Translations under genes and position numbers: made by a program
Assembly: GCF_001194135.2 (NCBI RefSeq)
Contig: NC_068989.1
Location: 40,233,054-40,280,106 of the forward strand
Direction: 5' to 3'
Origin: Octopus bimaculoides
Taxonomy: Eukaryota
Length of the DNA stretch: 47,053 nt
Shown: positions 36,018 to 47,053 of the stretch, piece by piece
How positions within the stretch are numbered: position 1 is the stretch's first letter
Layout: each line of letters starts with the position of its first letter
The notes under the pieces: generated by a model
The model's input: only the letters and a program-made list of their open reading frames with translations
Databases searched by the model: none
Told to the model about the DNA's origin: nothing

Positions 36018-36115
36018 CCATCATGATACCATCTAAGAATCCCACGCATTAATGATGATGATGATGAGAATGAGGATGATGATCATGATGATGATGATGA
36101 TGGTGGTGGTGGTGA
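35880..36115 (+). repeat. Compound (GAA)n(GAT)n(CAT)n...(GAT)n microsatellite
   Basis: Directly visible. Confidence 0.97.
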
Positions 36116-36139
36116 GGATGACTTCTTCATTTGCCACAG

Positions 36140-36780
36140 GGACGTCGATGAAAGATTCATTATAAAAACTTTCAAATTACTGTGCAGGATTTTAAAAAAT
36201 GGTGCGAAGAGGAAAACAAGAAAGAAGTGAGATGAGCATAGTGTACATAATATATGAAGACTCAAGTAACCGTCCCTCTTCCAGTTAGAGGCCTTCTTGG
36301 GATCCGATGGATTAAAGAACATGCTGATTAACAAAGATATATGTCCTTATTGAACATGCTGCAACGGCAAACGTGTGAATTGGGATTTCAGCTACGTTAA
36401 TGGATTTCAAGTTTGGTTACACGGCTGAGACGCAGAGAATGGACAAATATGACGGTGGAAAAAAACGGATAGAAGAACGCATGAATAGTTAGAATCTTTT
36501 CTTGCTTAATAGACATTTTCTAATTAAAAACAAATCAAAACATTTGAAACAAGATACAATGGCGAAAAGGAAGAGAGGAGAATAGATGTTTCACTTGAAG
36601 AGCTGAAGTAAAGAGAACTACTAGACGCAGCTGAGATGAAAGAATGAGAATAGAAGAAACTACTTTAGGCAGATCAGGTTCTTTCAGAATAAATAGAAGA
36701 GACTGCGTAAAAAATTAGAGATGATAGAAAGATGAAAATATGAAGTGTCAGATACTGAAAGAAGTACAAAGTGTATCATC
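36140..36780 (+). mobile_element. Old R4/Dong fragments E (pre-RT region and RT domain 0)
   Basis: ITVQDFKKW..., LGSDGLKN (PGPDG equivalent), EELK*R, and YFRQIRFFQNK*KRL...EVSDTERSTK (YRQNxLFxxNQKxFY...ExPDxE equivalent). Confidence 0.5.
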
Positions 36781-37049
36781 AACACAAGACAAATTCAAGG
36801 ATTCTGGCTGTACAGTAAACCAGTAATGAAATGAATATCTTTAGAGTACGTGTAGCCCAAATTAGATAACTGGGATTAAAGCAAATCTTATTATTAAATA
36901 TGAAAGACAAACATATATTTGGAAGTCTCGGATTACAAACCGATAATTTCGTAGTAACTATTAGGACACTTGTAAAAATGTATGTTTTCCGATAAGATGT
37001 AAAGTCATCTAAGGAACCGATGCCAACTGCCGGCCATAATAATAACGAC

Positions 37050-37460
37050 ATTGGTTTCAAATTTTTGCACAAGGCCAGTAATTTGTGGGAAAGGGTTAAG
37101 TCGATTACATCGACTCCAGTGTTCAACTGGTACTTACTTCCTCGACTCCGAAAGAGTGAAAGGTAAAATCGACCTCGGCGGTATTTGGTCTTACTACGTA
37201 AAGATGAACTAAATACCGCTAAGCATTTAGTCCAGCGCAGTAACTATACTGCCAGGTCAATTACTTCATAATAATAGTCCTTTCTACTATGAGCACAATT
37301 TTTGCAGGGTGGTTGGGTGGTTGGTCGATTATAGCACACCCAGTCCTCGACTGGTACTCATTTTATTGACCTCGAAAGGATGAAAGGCAAAACTGAGGTC
37401 AGCGAATTTGAATTCAGATTGTAAAGACGGACGAAATGCCGCTTAGCATTTTAGCGCCAT
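37050..37460 (-). mobile_element. Two tandem copies of tRNA-derived SINE family B
   Basis: Two copies of gtcgatta...actggtact...gaaag(a/g)(g/a)tgaaagg(t/c)aaaa...(t/c)gccgct(a/t)agcattt at about 37050-37262 and 37270-37460. The minus strand shows the B-box-like gaattcaaattc. Confidence 0.85.
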
Positions 37461-37461
37461 A

Positions 37462-37479
37462 GCAATAATAGTAATAATA

Positions 37480-37518
<39 letters not shown>

Positions 37519-37545
37519 TTGATGATGATGATGATGATGATGGTG

Positions 37546-37578
<33 letters not shown>

Positions 37579-37621
37579 TTAATAATAATAATAATAATAA
37601 TAATGATAATAATAATAATAA
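37462..37621 (+). repeat. (GAT)n(AAT)n microsatellite
   Basis: Directly visible. Confidence 0.97.
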
Positions 37622-38490
37622 ACTGTTTTCAGTATTTAAGGAAGCTGACAAATACAAACAAGAAATCATGCTACCTAACAAATACGATGAAGAAGAAGAG
37701 ACAACAAAAGCTATAAAACAAATGAAATCCAAATTAAAACTAGAAGAGCAACGGACCATGATAAAACGATGGCAATAAAAGCTCCTACATGTTAAATACT
37801 GGGTTAAACTAAATGCAAAAGAAATAGACAGCGAAAACTCCAAGCAATGGTTGAGAAGCTCAGGACTCAAAGCAGAGACTGAAGGATTTTTAATTGCTGC
37901 ACAAGACCAAAGCCTCCCCACCAGAAATTACCAAAAACATATAATGAAAAGAAACATAACAAGTAACTGTAGAATATGTGGAGATGGACAAGAAACAATA
38001 AATCATATTATCTCTGGCTGCCTGGCTAAGAAGGAATATATTCACAGACACGACAGAGCTGGGACCTATATACACTGGAAGCTATGCCAGCACTATGGAA
38101 TAACAACAGAAAAATGATGGTATAAACACACGCCAGAAAAGGTCACAGAAAACGAGAAAGCAACCATACTCTGGGATATTCCAATACACACAGATAGAGA
38201 AATTAAGTCAAATAGACCAGATATAGTTGTCAAAGATCATGAAGAAAACAAAATACTTCCTAATTGACGTATCGATACCAGCAGATGACAACGTTTCCCT
38301 AAAAGAAATGGAAAAAATTTCAAAATACAAAGACCTGGAAATAGAGGTAACTCGAATGTGGAATCTGAAAACAGAAACAATTCCTATCATAGTAGGTGCC
38401 TTAGGTATAATAAAAAAATATTCAGACAAATACATAACAAAAACACCAGAACTTACAAATATATATAACATACAGAAAATTGCACATATT
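37622..38490 (+). mobile_element. R4/Dong fragment C: CCHC knuckle plus restriction-like endonuclease (5'-truncated, relatively young)
   Basis: ETEGFLIAAQDQSLPTRNY...CRICGDGQETINHIISGC...HRHD...WYKHTPEKVTEN...LWDIPIHTDREIKSNRPDIVVKD...LIDVSIP...KEMEKISKYKDL...IPIIVGALG. Only a few stops and frameshifts. Confidence 0.93.
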
Positions 38491-38842
38491 TGTGACCTCT
38501 TCAGAGGAACAAGTACACACATGAGGACGGAAAATGAAGCTGAAGAGGTCTCAGATGTGTAATGAAAGATTTCAGGACAATGGGCATGAGTTAGAATAAG
38601 AACAGTAATAAACAATTAAAAACGAATACATAGTGAGTGTGTTTATTCGGCTAAAAAAAATAACCATCCAGCAATACAACAATATTTAATAATATCCTTT
38701 TCTCAAATACAATTCCATTTAAGGAAGTGATAAATGAAATAGTTTAGAAGAACGACAAAATTTTTTCTCATCGAAGTTCATGTTTTTTATGAACCGATAT
38801 GAAGGACAATTAAACAGGTTACGACATTAATGTTGTGTAGCA

Positions 38843-38862
38843 ATATAATAATAATAATAATG

Positions 38863-38940
<78 letters not shown>
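38843..38940 (+). repeat. (AAT)n microsatellite
   Basis: Directly visible. Confidence 0.97.
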
Positions 38941-38942
<2 letters not shown>

Positions 38943-39154
38943 CTGACATTCAAACTGACAGAAAGATAGACGCAAATAGGCCAGACATCATACTGAAAGA
39001 CTTCAGACAAAAATCATGCCTCCTCTTTGATATGACTGTCCCAATCGATATAAACGTATCTGTCAAGACCTACCAAAAACTGAGCAAATATAAAGATCAT
39101 GAAATAGAAATTAGCAAAATGTGGAATCTGAAGACGAAAACAATACCTATTGTC
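38941..39154 (+). mobile_element. R4/Dong fragment D: restriction-like endonuclease, 5'-truncated, runs into a gap
   Basis: IQTDRKIDANRPDIILKDFRQKSCLLFDMTVPIDINVSVKTYQKLSKYKDHEIEISKMWNLKTKTIPIV in an open frame. Confidence 0.92.
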
Positions 39155-39644
39155 NNNNNNNNNNNNNNNNNNNNNNNNNNNNNNNNNNNNNNNNNNNNNN
39201 NNNNNNNNNNNNNNNNNNNNNNNNNNNNNNNNNNNNNNNNNNNNNNNNNNNNNNNNNNNNNNNNNNNNNNNNNNNNNNNNNNNNNNNNNNNNNNNNNNNN
39301 NNNNNNNNNNNNNNNNNNNNNNNNNNNNNNNNNNNNNNNNNNNNNNNNNNNNNNNNNNNNNNNNNNNNNNNNNNNNNNNNNNNNNNNNNNNNNNNNNNNN
39401 NNNNNNNNNNNNNNNNNNNNNNNNNNNNNNNNNNNNNNNNNNNNNNNNNNNNNNNNNNNNNNNNNNNNNNNNNNNNNNNNNNNNNNNNNNNNNNNNNNNN
39501 NNNNNNNNNNNNNNNNNNNNNNNNNNNNNNNNNNNNNNNNNNNNNNNNNNNNNNNNNNNNNNNNNNNNNNNNNNNNNNNNNNNNNNNNNNNNNNNNNNNN
39601 NNNNNNNNNNNNNNNNNNNNNNNNNNNNNNNNNNNNNNNNNNNN

Positions 39645-39645
<1 letters not shown>

Positions 39646-39699
<54 letters not shown>

Positions 39700-40040
39700 G
39701 CAGAAGAAGAAGAAGAAGAAGAAGAAGAAGAAGAAGAAAAAGAAGAAGAAGAAGAAGAAGAAGAAGAAGAAGAAGAAGAAGAAGAAGAAGGAGGAGGAGA
39801 AGAAGAAGAAGAAGAAGAAGAAGAAAAAGAAGAGGAAGAAGAAGGAGAAGAAGAAGAAGAAGAAGAAGAAGAAGAAGAAGAAGAAGAAGAAGAAGAATGA
39901 TAATATTCATGATGATGATGACAACGACCACGACGACGACGATAATATTGATAATAACAATTTTAATAATTATATTAATAATAACAACATTAACATCAAC
40001 AACAATAGTAACAACCACAAAAACAATAATAATAATCATA
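39646..40040 (+). repeat. Compound (AAT)n(GAA)n(GAT/GAC/AAC)n microsatellite
   Basis: Directly visible. Confidence 0.96.
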
Positions 40041-40372
40041 ATTTTTCTATAACTTGATTTCAATCGCTTTGTAGCTAAAATTTTATCACTGATATCACAG
40101 GTTTCTGGGAAATTTCTACTTAAAGAACATTCAAATATTTAATTAATAATCCGATCTCCACCAAGTACGGAGTTCAAACATGCAATTAATTCTCCTTTGC
40201 GGCTAATTCTTCCTTTTCGTTTTTCCTTTAGAGTATTTCACCTACATTTCAAATGACAGTTTACCTACATTTTAATATATTCCATTACCTTCCATGCTCA
40301 TACAATATAGCATCAGATAATTATTTTTAATATTTATTTAATCATTCGTACATATTCATTTTCCATTCCTTC

Positions 40373-40532
40373 AGGAGTGGCTGTGTGGTAAGTAGCTTAC
40401 TTGCCAACCACATGGTTCCGGGTACAGTCCCACTGCGTGGCACCTTGGGCAAGTGTCTTCTACTATAGCCTCGAGCCGACCAAAGCCTTGTGAGTGGATT
40501 TCGTAGGCAGAAACTGAAAGAATCCTGTCGTA

Positions 40533-40580
<48 letters not shown>

Positions 40581-40797
40581 CATATGTTTGTGTGTCTGCG
40601 TTTGTCCCCCCAACATCACTTGACAACCGATGGTGGTGTGTTTACGTTCCCGTAACTTAGCGGTTCGGCAAAAGAGACCAATTGAATAAGTACTAGACTT
40701 CCAAAGAATAAGTCCTGGGGTCGATTTGCTCGACTAAAGGCGGTGCTCCAGCATGGCCGCAGTCAAATTACAAAAACAAATAAAAGAGTAAAGAGAG
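40373..40797 (+). mobile_element. tRNA-derived CORE-like SINE family A, full length with internal (TA)n(TG)n
   Basis: Head ggagtggctgtgtggtaag (A box) and a decayed B box ggttccgggtacagtccc. ggcaccttgggcaagtg resembles the MIR/CORE domain. Partial copies occur at about 9.4-10.1 kb and 21.7 kb. Confidence 0.88.
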
Positions 40798-43349
40798 TAC
40801 ATGCATATGTACTCCTCTATAAGGAGAAAAATTAATATAACATTTTCTAAATCTTTCATGCCAGATAAATGGAACCGTCATTTCCTGACTACAGATATAA
40901 ATACGTGGGTTTCTGTTGACTAATTGCGAACGTCAGCGAGTGCTGACAAAAATGGCTCGAATCTCATCAATGACATTGCATTGACATTATAAAGAAGATA
41001 CGTTAGTCTCGTTAGCAATTCTCATGAATTTAGGGATAAGTATAATTAGTAATCGAAGGGAGAGAAATGAAATTGTTGAATATTATTTTAGTGATTATGC
41101 TAATTTTAATTCTTCTCTTGAGTTTTGAATTGGCATCAGTTAAGCTATCAGAAATCCTTCTCATGTGATTTCCTGAAATCAGCAGATGTTCTTTCAATAG
41201 TACAACGCAACAAAAATGTTACATTAACAATAATTACTACCCTGACAGGGAAACTGGTTACTTTTGGTTGTGCTTTTTTTCTATTATTGTCCTAAATGAT
41301 GTGAAGATAACAGCCTTGCCGAATCCAAATCTTATGGCTATTATATTTCTGCATATGGTACAGTCTATATTACTGACAAGTGTTCCATCGATTTTAACAG
41401 ACTAGCATCAAAATATTAAAAAGAAATCAATCGACAAGACAAGCAGCTCTTTCTCTGAAATTACTTACGTCAACATCTATCGAATTTACAACAAACCTAT
41501 TGTGAATTCTAAACACGTAAACAACACTTATACTTTCTCTCTTGGAGATACATGTCCTGCTCATCTGAAACTGCCTGGGTTTATTATAGCTGCTAGAAAA
41601 TGATCTTTGCACTTACGTAATCGCGTACGTTCAACTAAAGGGAACGGATATCACTTCAAATCTCTCTGAACATACACAGAAGCTAGTGATTATTTGATTC
41701 CCACTTTAAAGATATTAATTTATTCTCTTCTCTATCCCCTTCTAATGTATACACTTTCTCGACTGTCTACTCAAAATAGTTTTGTAATGGTAACTCATAT
41801 TCTGTCTATTTCATGACCTTTCTGGGAGAAAACTTGAATCATCGGTTTCCTAGTTACATTGTCGTCAACAACACAGCACAGAATTAGGGTTAAAAAAATA
41901 GTGTTTTAGAACAATAGCTAGACTACTGTTTTCAATGGTAATGTAGTAACTTTTGATTCTATCACGATTTGCAAATGACATCATGGTTTCTGTTACTGGA
42001 GAGCACAAACAGAATACATAAAGCAAAAATCAAACCCATTGTATAACAAACGAGGTGTGTTGAAAATTTTGTTAAAATTGAAGCCGAAAGCAAATAAGAG
42101 AAAAAAGGTTGGAAACTGCAACAGTAGTACGGAAGAGAGCAGTTCATGAGAGATGCACGTTCCAGGTTTTGTTATACAGGTTTTCCCCCCTCACAGCTAA
42201 ATGTTAAATAACAGAATACATAAAACAAATTAGAGTGAACTTTTAACAATGTGAAATAAAACAAAACAAAACGTTTTAGTTTTCACCTTTCTTAAGTGAG
42301 TGCATTAAGCTAGCACAAAAGCGAATATAAACAAAGCAACGTTGTTGTTTCTGATTTTCCAACTTTTTCATTTACCGATTTGAACTAGGTGAGTCAACAT
42401 TATTTGCTTGATAACACCGAACAACAATGATAATTCACGAGCACTTTGAAATGGATCTGACTCTACGGTGGCTTTCCGTTCGTCATTATCCACCTCTGTT
42501 TCTGGTCGACCGCGTTGCTCATTTGTGAGATCTAAGTTAACAGAACGAAATTTTGCAAACCAATTTGATACTGTCTGCTGTGTAATAACATTAGAATGAA
42601 ATACTCAATTAATATTCCGAGCTGTCTGTAATGCGGTGTTTCCAAGAAAGACTCATATTTCAAAACTGTACGAATTTACGACTTATCCATCTCTAGACAA
42701 AAATAGCGAAAATCGATTTATAAATATTTTATAAAGCTCAAAATGAGTTAGAATACATAAATAAATGTGTCAACTTTCAAACAAAAAATAATGATTGTCA
42801 AATATAATAATGGTGCAAAATNNNNNNNNNNNNNNNNNNNNNNNNNNNNNNNNNNNNNNNNNNNNNNNNNNNNNNNNNNNNNNNNNNNNNNNNNNNNNNN
42901 NNNNNNNNNNNNNNNNNNNNNNNNNNNNNNNNNNNNNNNNNNNNNNNNNNNNNNNNNNNNNNNNNNNNNNNNNNNNNNNNNNNNNNNNNNNNNNNNNNNN
43001 NNNNNNNNNNNNNNNNNNNNNNNNNNNNNNNNNNNNNNNNNNNNNNNNNNNNNNNNNNNNNNNNNNNNNNNNNNNNNNNNNNNNNNNNNATTGCAACGTT
43101 GCAGGGAGATTGGAACGCTTCAGCTTTCAGTAAACACTAAAGCTATGCCTACCACTAGGCTAAAGCACCATTACATCGCCATAAACATCCAGGTTAGTTA
43201 ACTTCAAGGATGACATACTTAGGACTCCTCACTGAGAATGCCAGTCCAAACAACAACAGTTAAAATTATTATAGGAGAGAGAGAAGTTGTAGCAATTATA
43301 TGAGTGCATCAGTATTTGTATATGCATGTGTGTTCTTATATACAGTGTG

Positions 43350-43435
<86 letters not shown>

Positions 43436-43535
43436 CATACATACGTGCATACATAATACATACCTACATATATACATGCATGCATGCATGCATACATACA
43501 TACATACATACATACATACATACATACATACATAA
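43350..43535 (+). repeat. (AT)n and (TACA)n microsatellite
   Basis: Directly visible. Confidence 0.97.
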
Positions 43536-43799
43536 TATGTACGTACTTACATGCATACAAACATGGATAAGTGAATTGTGTACATGGATTATCATTGAAT
43601 GGCATCATTCGTAAGCTGGTGAACAACGCTTTACAGTTCCGATTTTCATGAAACTGTTCAGAAAATAATCGTAACGGTTGAAGAACACCGAAAACCACAA
43701 TGTAGAAGCAGTGATATATAAAATTTTGATGCCTGATCGAGAGTAAAATACATTACACAATAGATTGTTGCTGGGATGTGTGGGATATATTTTGGTTTT

Positions 43800-43910
43800 G
43801 TAGTGGCAGTACGTTAATGAAACCGAGCTCGACTTTGCTTATCATTCTTTCGGAGTCGATAACATAAGTTGCAAATGACTATTGCGGTCGTGTATTTGAC
43901 TACCCCTTCT
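43800..43910 (+). mobile_element. Degenerate, internally deleted SINE family B copy
   Basis: tggcag..cgtta and ccgag.tcgactttgc.t.tca.tctttcggagtcgat match the reverse complement of the 37050-37460 copies. Confidence 0.6.
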
Positions 43911-46004
43911 ACTAAAAATTGCTACCCTGTCAAAACTTGAAATCATTATTTTAACGTTAAGTTAGACGCAGATCACGTGAATAAAAGAGGTGATGTCTTG
44001 GTATGTATTGTTGCTTCATAGCATGATAACCTAAAAATGATTTAAAATGAGCTCCGACGCCCAGAAGCAGCAATGACAAGTAGAATAAAGTGTAAAATCT
44101 AAGAAAGGAAGGTGAATGAAAAATTGAGGTAATGTAAAATATAAAGCAGTTACATGTGTGGATAAATATGTTACTGCAGTAAAAACGGAGGAGAAATATG
44201 TAAAATTCACGATGAAAGATATAACTAATAAAAATGTAGGCATAAAAATGTCGGTATAGAAATTTACACACACACACAAACACACACACACATACAGACA
44301 TGACATACATACATATGAATATATATATATATATATATATANNNNNNNNNNNNNNNNNNNNNNNNNNNNNNNNNNNNNNNNNNNNNNNNNNNNNNNNNNN
44401 NNNNNNNNNNNNNNNNNNNNNNNNNNNNNNNNNNNNNNNNNNNNNNNNNNNNNNNNNNNNNNNNNNNNNNNNNNNNNNNNNNNNNNNNNNNNNNNNNNNN
44501 NNNNNNNNNNNNNNNNNNNNNNNNNNNNNNNNNNNNNNNNNNNNNNNNNNNNNNNNNNNNNNNNNNNNNNNNNNNNNNNNNNNNNNNNNNNNNNNNNNNN
44601 NNNNNNNNNNGTATAGTGATAATAATAATAATTCTAATAATGAAAATATTGAAGCTTATTATTATTAATGTTACCGATTGTGAATGAAAAAATGTTTGGT
44701 GTAGTATCTGAAAATTCTTGAAAAGATTCTCGAAATTTGTTTCAAAAAATCCTTACAGAATTTCTTAGGAAACATCTGAAGAGAACGGCCCTTCAAAATT
44801 TTTTTCAAAAACACTTAAATATGCATTCAGAATTCTTCTTTTATAAAACAAAAAATTGTAAATAACGTAAGCGTGTGTGAGAGAGGATAATAAAACATTG
44901 TACGCTTTATGATGCGAAAAAAATTACAAAGAGAATAAAAGGTGAATATCTTGTGAAATGCTGATAATAACGAAAATACGGACTTGAAGATTTCGAATAC
45001 AATATATTCAAGATTAACACTTTAAATAGGTAAATGCCAAGCGGAATAGATGATATTCTTATTCCTTAACATTCCTAACACCAGGAGTAAATCTTTCGGA
45101 ACCTAGCGATCATTATATTTGATGATATATTCACACAACACATTCTAACTCATCGTAACCTTAGCACATTATATCCTTCAAACTTGTGTCACTCCTCTGA
45201 ATCATGAAAGAAGTAAACACCTTCTACCTGTATGTATACGTAAAGGCATAGGACTAACGGCCACTTTTTGTTGATAGACACAAATTGTACATCAGCAGAA
45301 TCACTATATCAATACAAACATTTACATCGCAAAGCTACACAACTGGCAGATGTCTGACGATACTTCAAAACTACTAAAGAAAATTCCAATGGATATTTAC
45401 TCACCCATCATGCTAAAGCAACTGTCACAACTGCTCTACACATCGTAACCATCCTAACATTTTTCTTTGTTCTTTGTAGTTGGTAACACTATAGTTTTTA
45501 AATAATTTTCTTTCTGCTCTAAGCACAAAGTCAGAAATTTTGAGGGATGGCACTAATTGATTACATAGACCCTACCCTTCAGAGTTCAAGTATTTATCAA
45601 TTACTCAGTGTTTCGGTACAAGTACGATATTTTTCTATGACTTGACCATCAATAGAAATAGCAGATGAACAAGTTGGGTTAAACATATACACTTCTCATT
45701 GGCTAACAAGGATTCTTATTAGTTGAATGTTAAACCTTATATATCAGTAGGGAGGTCTTAAATACGAATAGGAGGCAATAACTATTAGTGACTCATCGTA
45801 AGGTAAACACAATTAATCTGCTGGAATAAAAGGCATAAGAATAATGCGTTTCTTAAGTACACTCATACATACACGCATGTCTGAAAAAATGAAATCAGCA
45901 AAAAGAACTTATACAAAATCATCCTTCCTGAAAGAACAATTTATATAATCATTATTTTCTTAACTTTCAAAGCAACATCTTTTTTTCCATACCCAATGTC
46001 TGTA

Positions 46005-46032
46005 TCAAGAAGTATTTCTCAAAACCACCCTG
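46005..46032 (-). repeat. Solo maT-like terminal inverted repeat
   Basis: The minus strand reads TA|cagggtggttttgagaaatactt, like the agggtgc termini at 18923 and 22538. No partner is identified. Confidence 0.45.
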
Positions 46033-46048
46033 TAATGTGTGTGTGTGT

Positions 46049-46082
<34 letters not shown>

Positions 46083-46289
46083 CTATCTGTCTGTGTGTGA
46101 GTGTGTGTGTGTGTATCTGTATGTGTCTGTGTGTGTATAATAATGGAAAAATTATACAAAATGTACAAATAGATGATAAGTAAAGCACCGGCACGGTTTA
46201 TGTTACCTGTTGTTATCCGTAGATTTACTGCAGGAACTTCGTAGTGGCGGTTGGGGTAATAGATAAGATAAGAGACGGAATATGTAATA

Positions 46290-46902
46290 AGTTTTATTGA
46301 GCACGACACAAGTTTCGACCCATCGTTCTCGGTCTCATCGGGTACATTACTAGACATTTCTTTGGTCGCCTTACGCACCGCTATATGTCCATCAACTAGT
46401 CCTAAAATATCTCTAACGCAGTAGTTGTACTTACAAGTAATATTCGTAACCACTTCAACATAGCTGTCCGTTAGAACGGACTCTACTGCGATTTTTCAAA
46501 TAGGGAATCTCCTCTAGATGGTTAACGATGCAAAGCTGCATCAGATAAATTGCAAGTAGTAGTGCAACTACTGCGTTGATCTCTTAGTGAGATTTTAGAA
46601 CTTGCATTTTTGCTTATTGCAAAATCAGCGGCTGTGTGTTCACTCGAAATATATATGTATTGCATGCAAAGGAGAGCTACGGCACTCTCTAGCAGTCGAG
46701 GTGTCCAATACGGAAGAGTGACAGAAATAATCCGAAACCAGCACTGGACTGCTGGTCCCGTGGTTAGAAGGTGGTAGGGGTTCGTTCCCTTGCTCGCAAT
46801 TTATCGGATGCAACTTTGCATCCTTAACCAGGTAGAGGAGATTGATGTTAAAAAATTGCAGTCTGTTCGAATGGCTAGCCATGTCGAAGTGGCTACAAAT
46901 AT

Positions 46903-46905
<3 letters not shown>
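46290..46905 (-). mobile_element. Probable Penelope-like element 3' end (GIY-YIG C-terminal remnant, rearranged, plus hammerhead and polyA signal)
   Basis: NICSHFDMASHS..LQFFNI and, in another frame, DKLRARE resemble the HF..H...RxRE end of PLE GIY-YIG domains. A hammerhead followed by AATAAA is typical of PLE terminal repeats. Confidence 0.5.
46301..46345 (-). ncRNA. Minimal type I hammerhead ribozyme (PLE-associated type), U4C core variant
   Basis: Minus strand: GUAC-CCGAUGA-GACC-gagaacgaug-GGUC-GAAA-C-uugu-G-UC^GUGC. Stem I is GUAC/GUGC, stem II is GACC/GGUC, and stem III has 2 bp. The GUC cleavage triplet is at 46307-46305 and AATAAA lies immediately downstream (46297-46292). Confidence 0.8.
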
Positions 46906-46945
<40 letters not shown>

Positions 46946-47053
46946 TATAATATTAGGGACAAAATCCCAAATTACAGGTAAAAACTCAATTAAAATCAAT
47001 TTATAGAAAGTTAAAATTAAATTGAGCTTTACAGAGTAAAATATATATAAATA
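46946..47053 (+). repeat. Repeat shared with 25222-25314, runs off the window end
   Basis: See the 25222-25314 feature. Confidence 0.85.

Noticed and set aside
37622-38947. Both R4 fragments C and D begin with AACTG after (ATA)n
   Set aside because: In D the aactgac is a short duplication of the adjacent element sequence. With two junctions, coincidence cannot be excluded.
41463-41634. Two perfect GTAAGT donors on the minus strand and an 18-nt candidate micro-exon (LNVRDY, 41634-41617)
   Set aside because: No frame-compatible partner exon and no recognisable peptide; isolated splice motifs are common by chance.
2958-44668. Many ORFs rich in HT, YI, CV, poly-K, poly-L, poly-I, poly-M or X
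   Set aside because: They are translations of microsatellites or N gaps, not proteins.
1-47053. CRISPR arrays, rRNA genes, prokaryotic operons
   Set aside because: No regularly spaced repeat-spacer array and no rRNA-like sequence; the composition and repeats are eukaryotic.

Overview
AT-rich, microsatellite-dense eukaryotic DNA with 11 N gaps. The SINE, Penelope, R4 and maT repeats resemble coleoid cephalopod (Octopus-like) sequence; this is inference from recalled family features, not a database hit. I recognise no intact host gene, rRNA, tRNA gene or CRISPR array, and the window reads as a transposon graveyard. Elements found: a tandemly duplicated gag/ORF1-like CCHC unit (122-1530, -); at least three Penelope-like (PLE) remnants; a Helitron 3' end (helicase to CTAG); two maT/DD37D elements and one DD34D mariner; a probably full-length Chapaev3-type transposon; a cluster of R4/Dong LINE fragments inside (TAA)n arrays; several tRNA-derived SINEs; and a foldback MITE-like element. 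The most notable signal is a minimal type I hammerhead ribozyme at 46301-46345 (-). It is followed by AATAAA and lies next to a nested inverted-repeat block (46398-46905). Family names come from motif recognition by eye and need confirmation by HMM or Repbase/Dfam searches.
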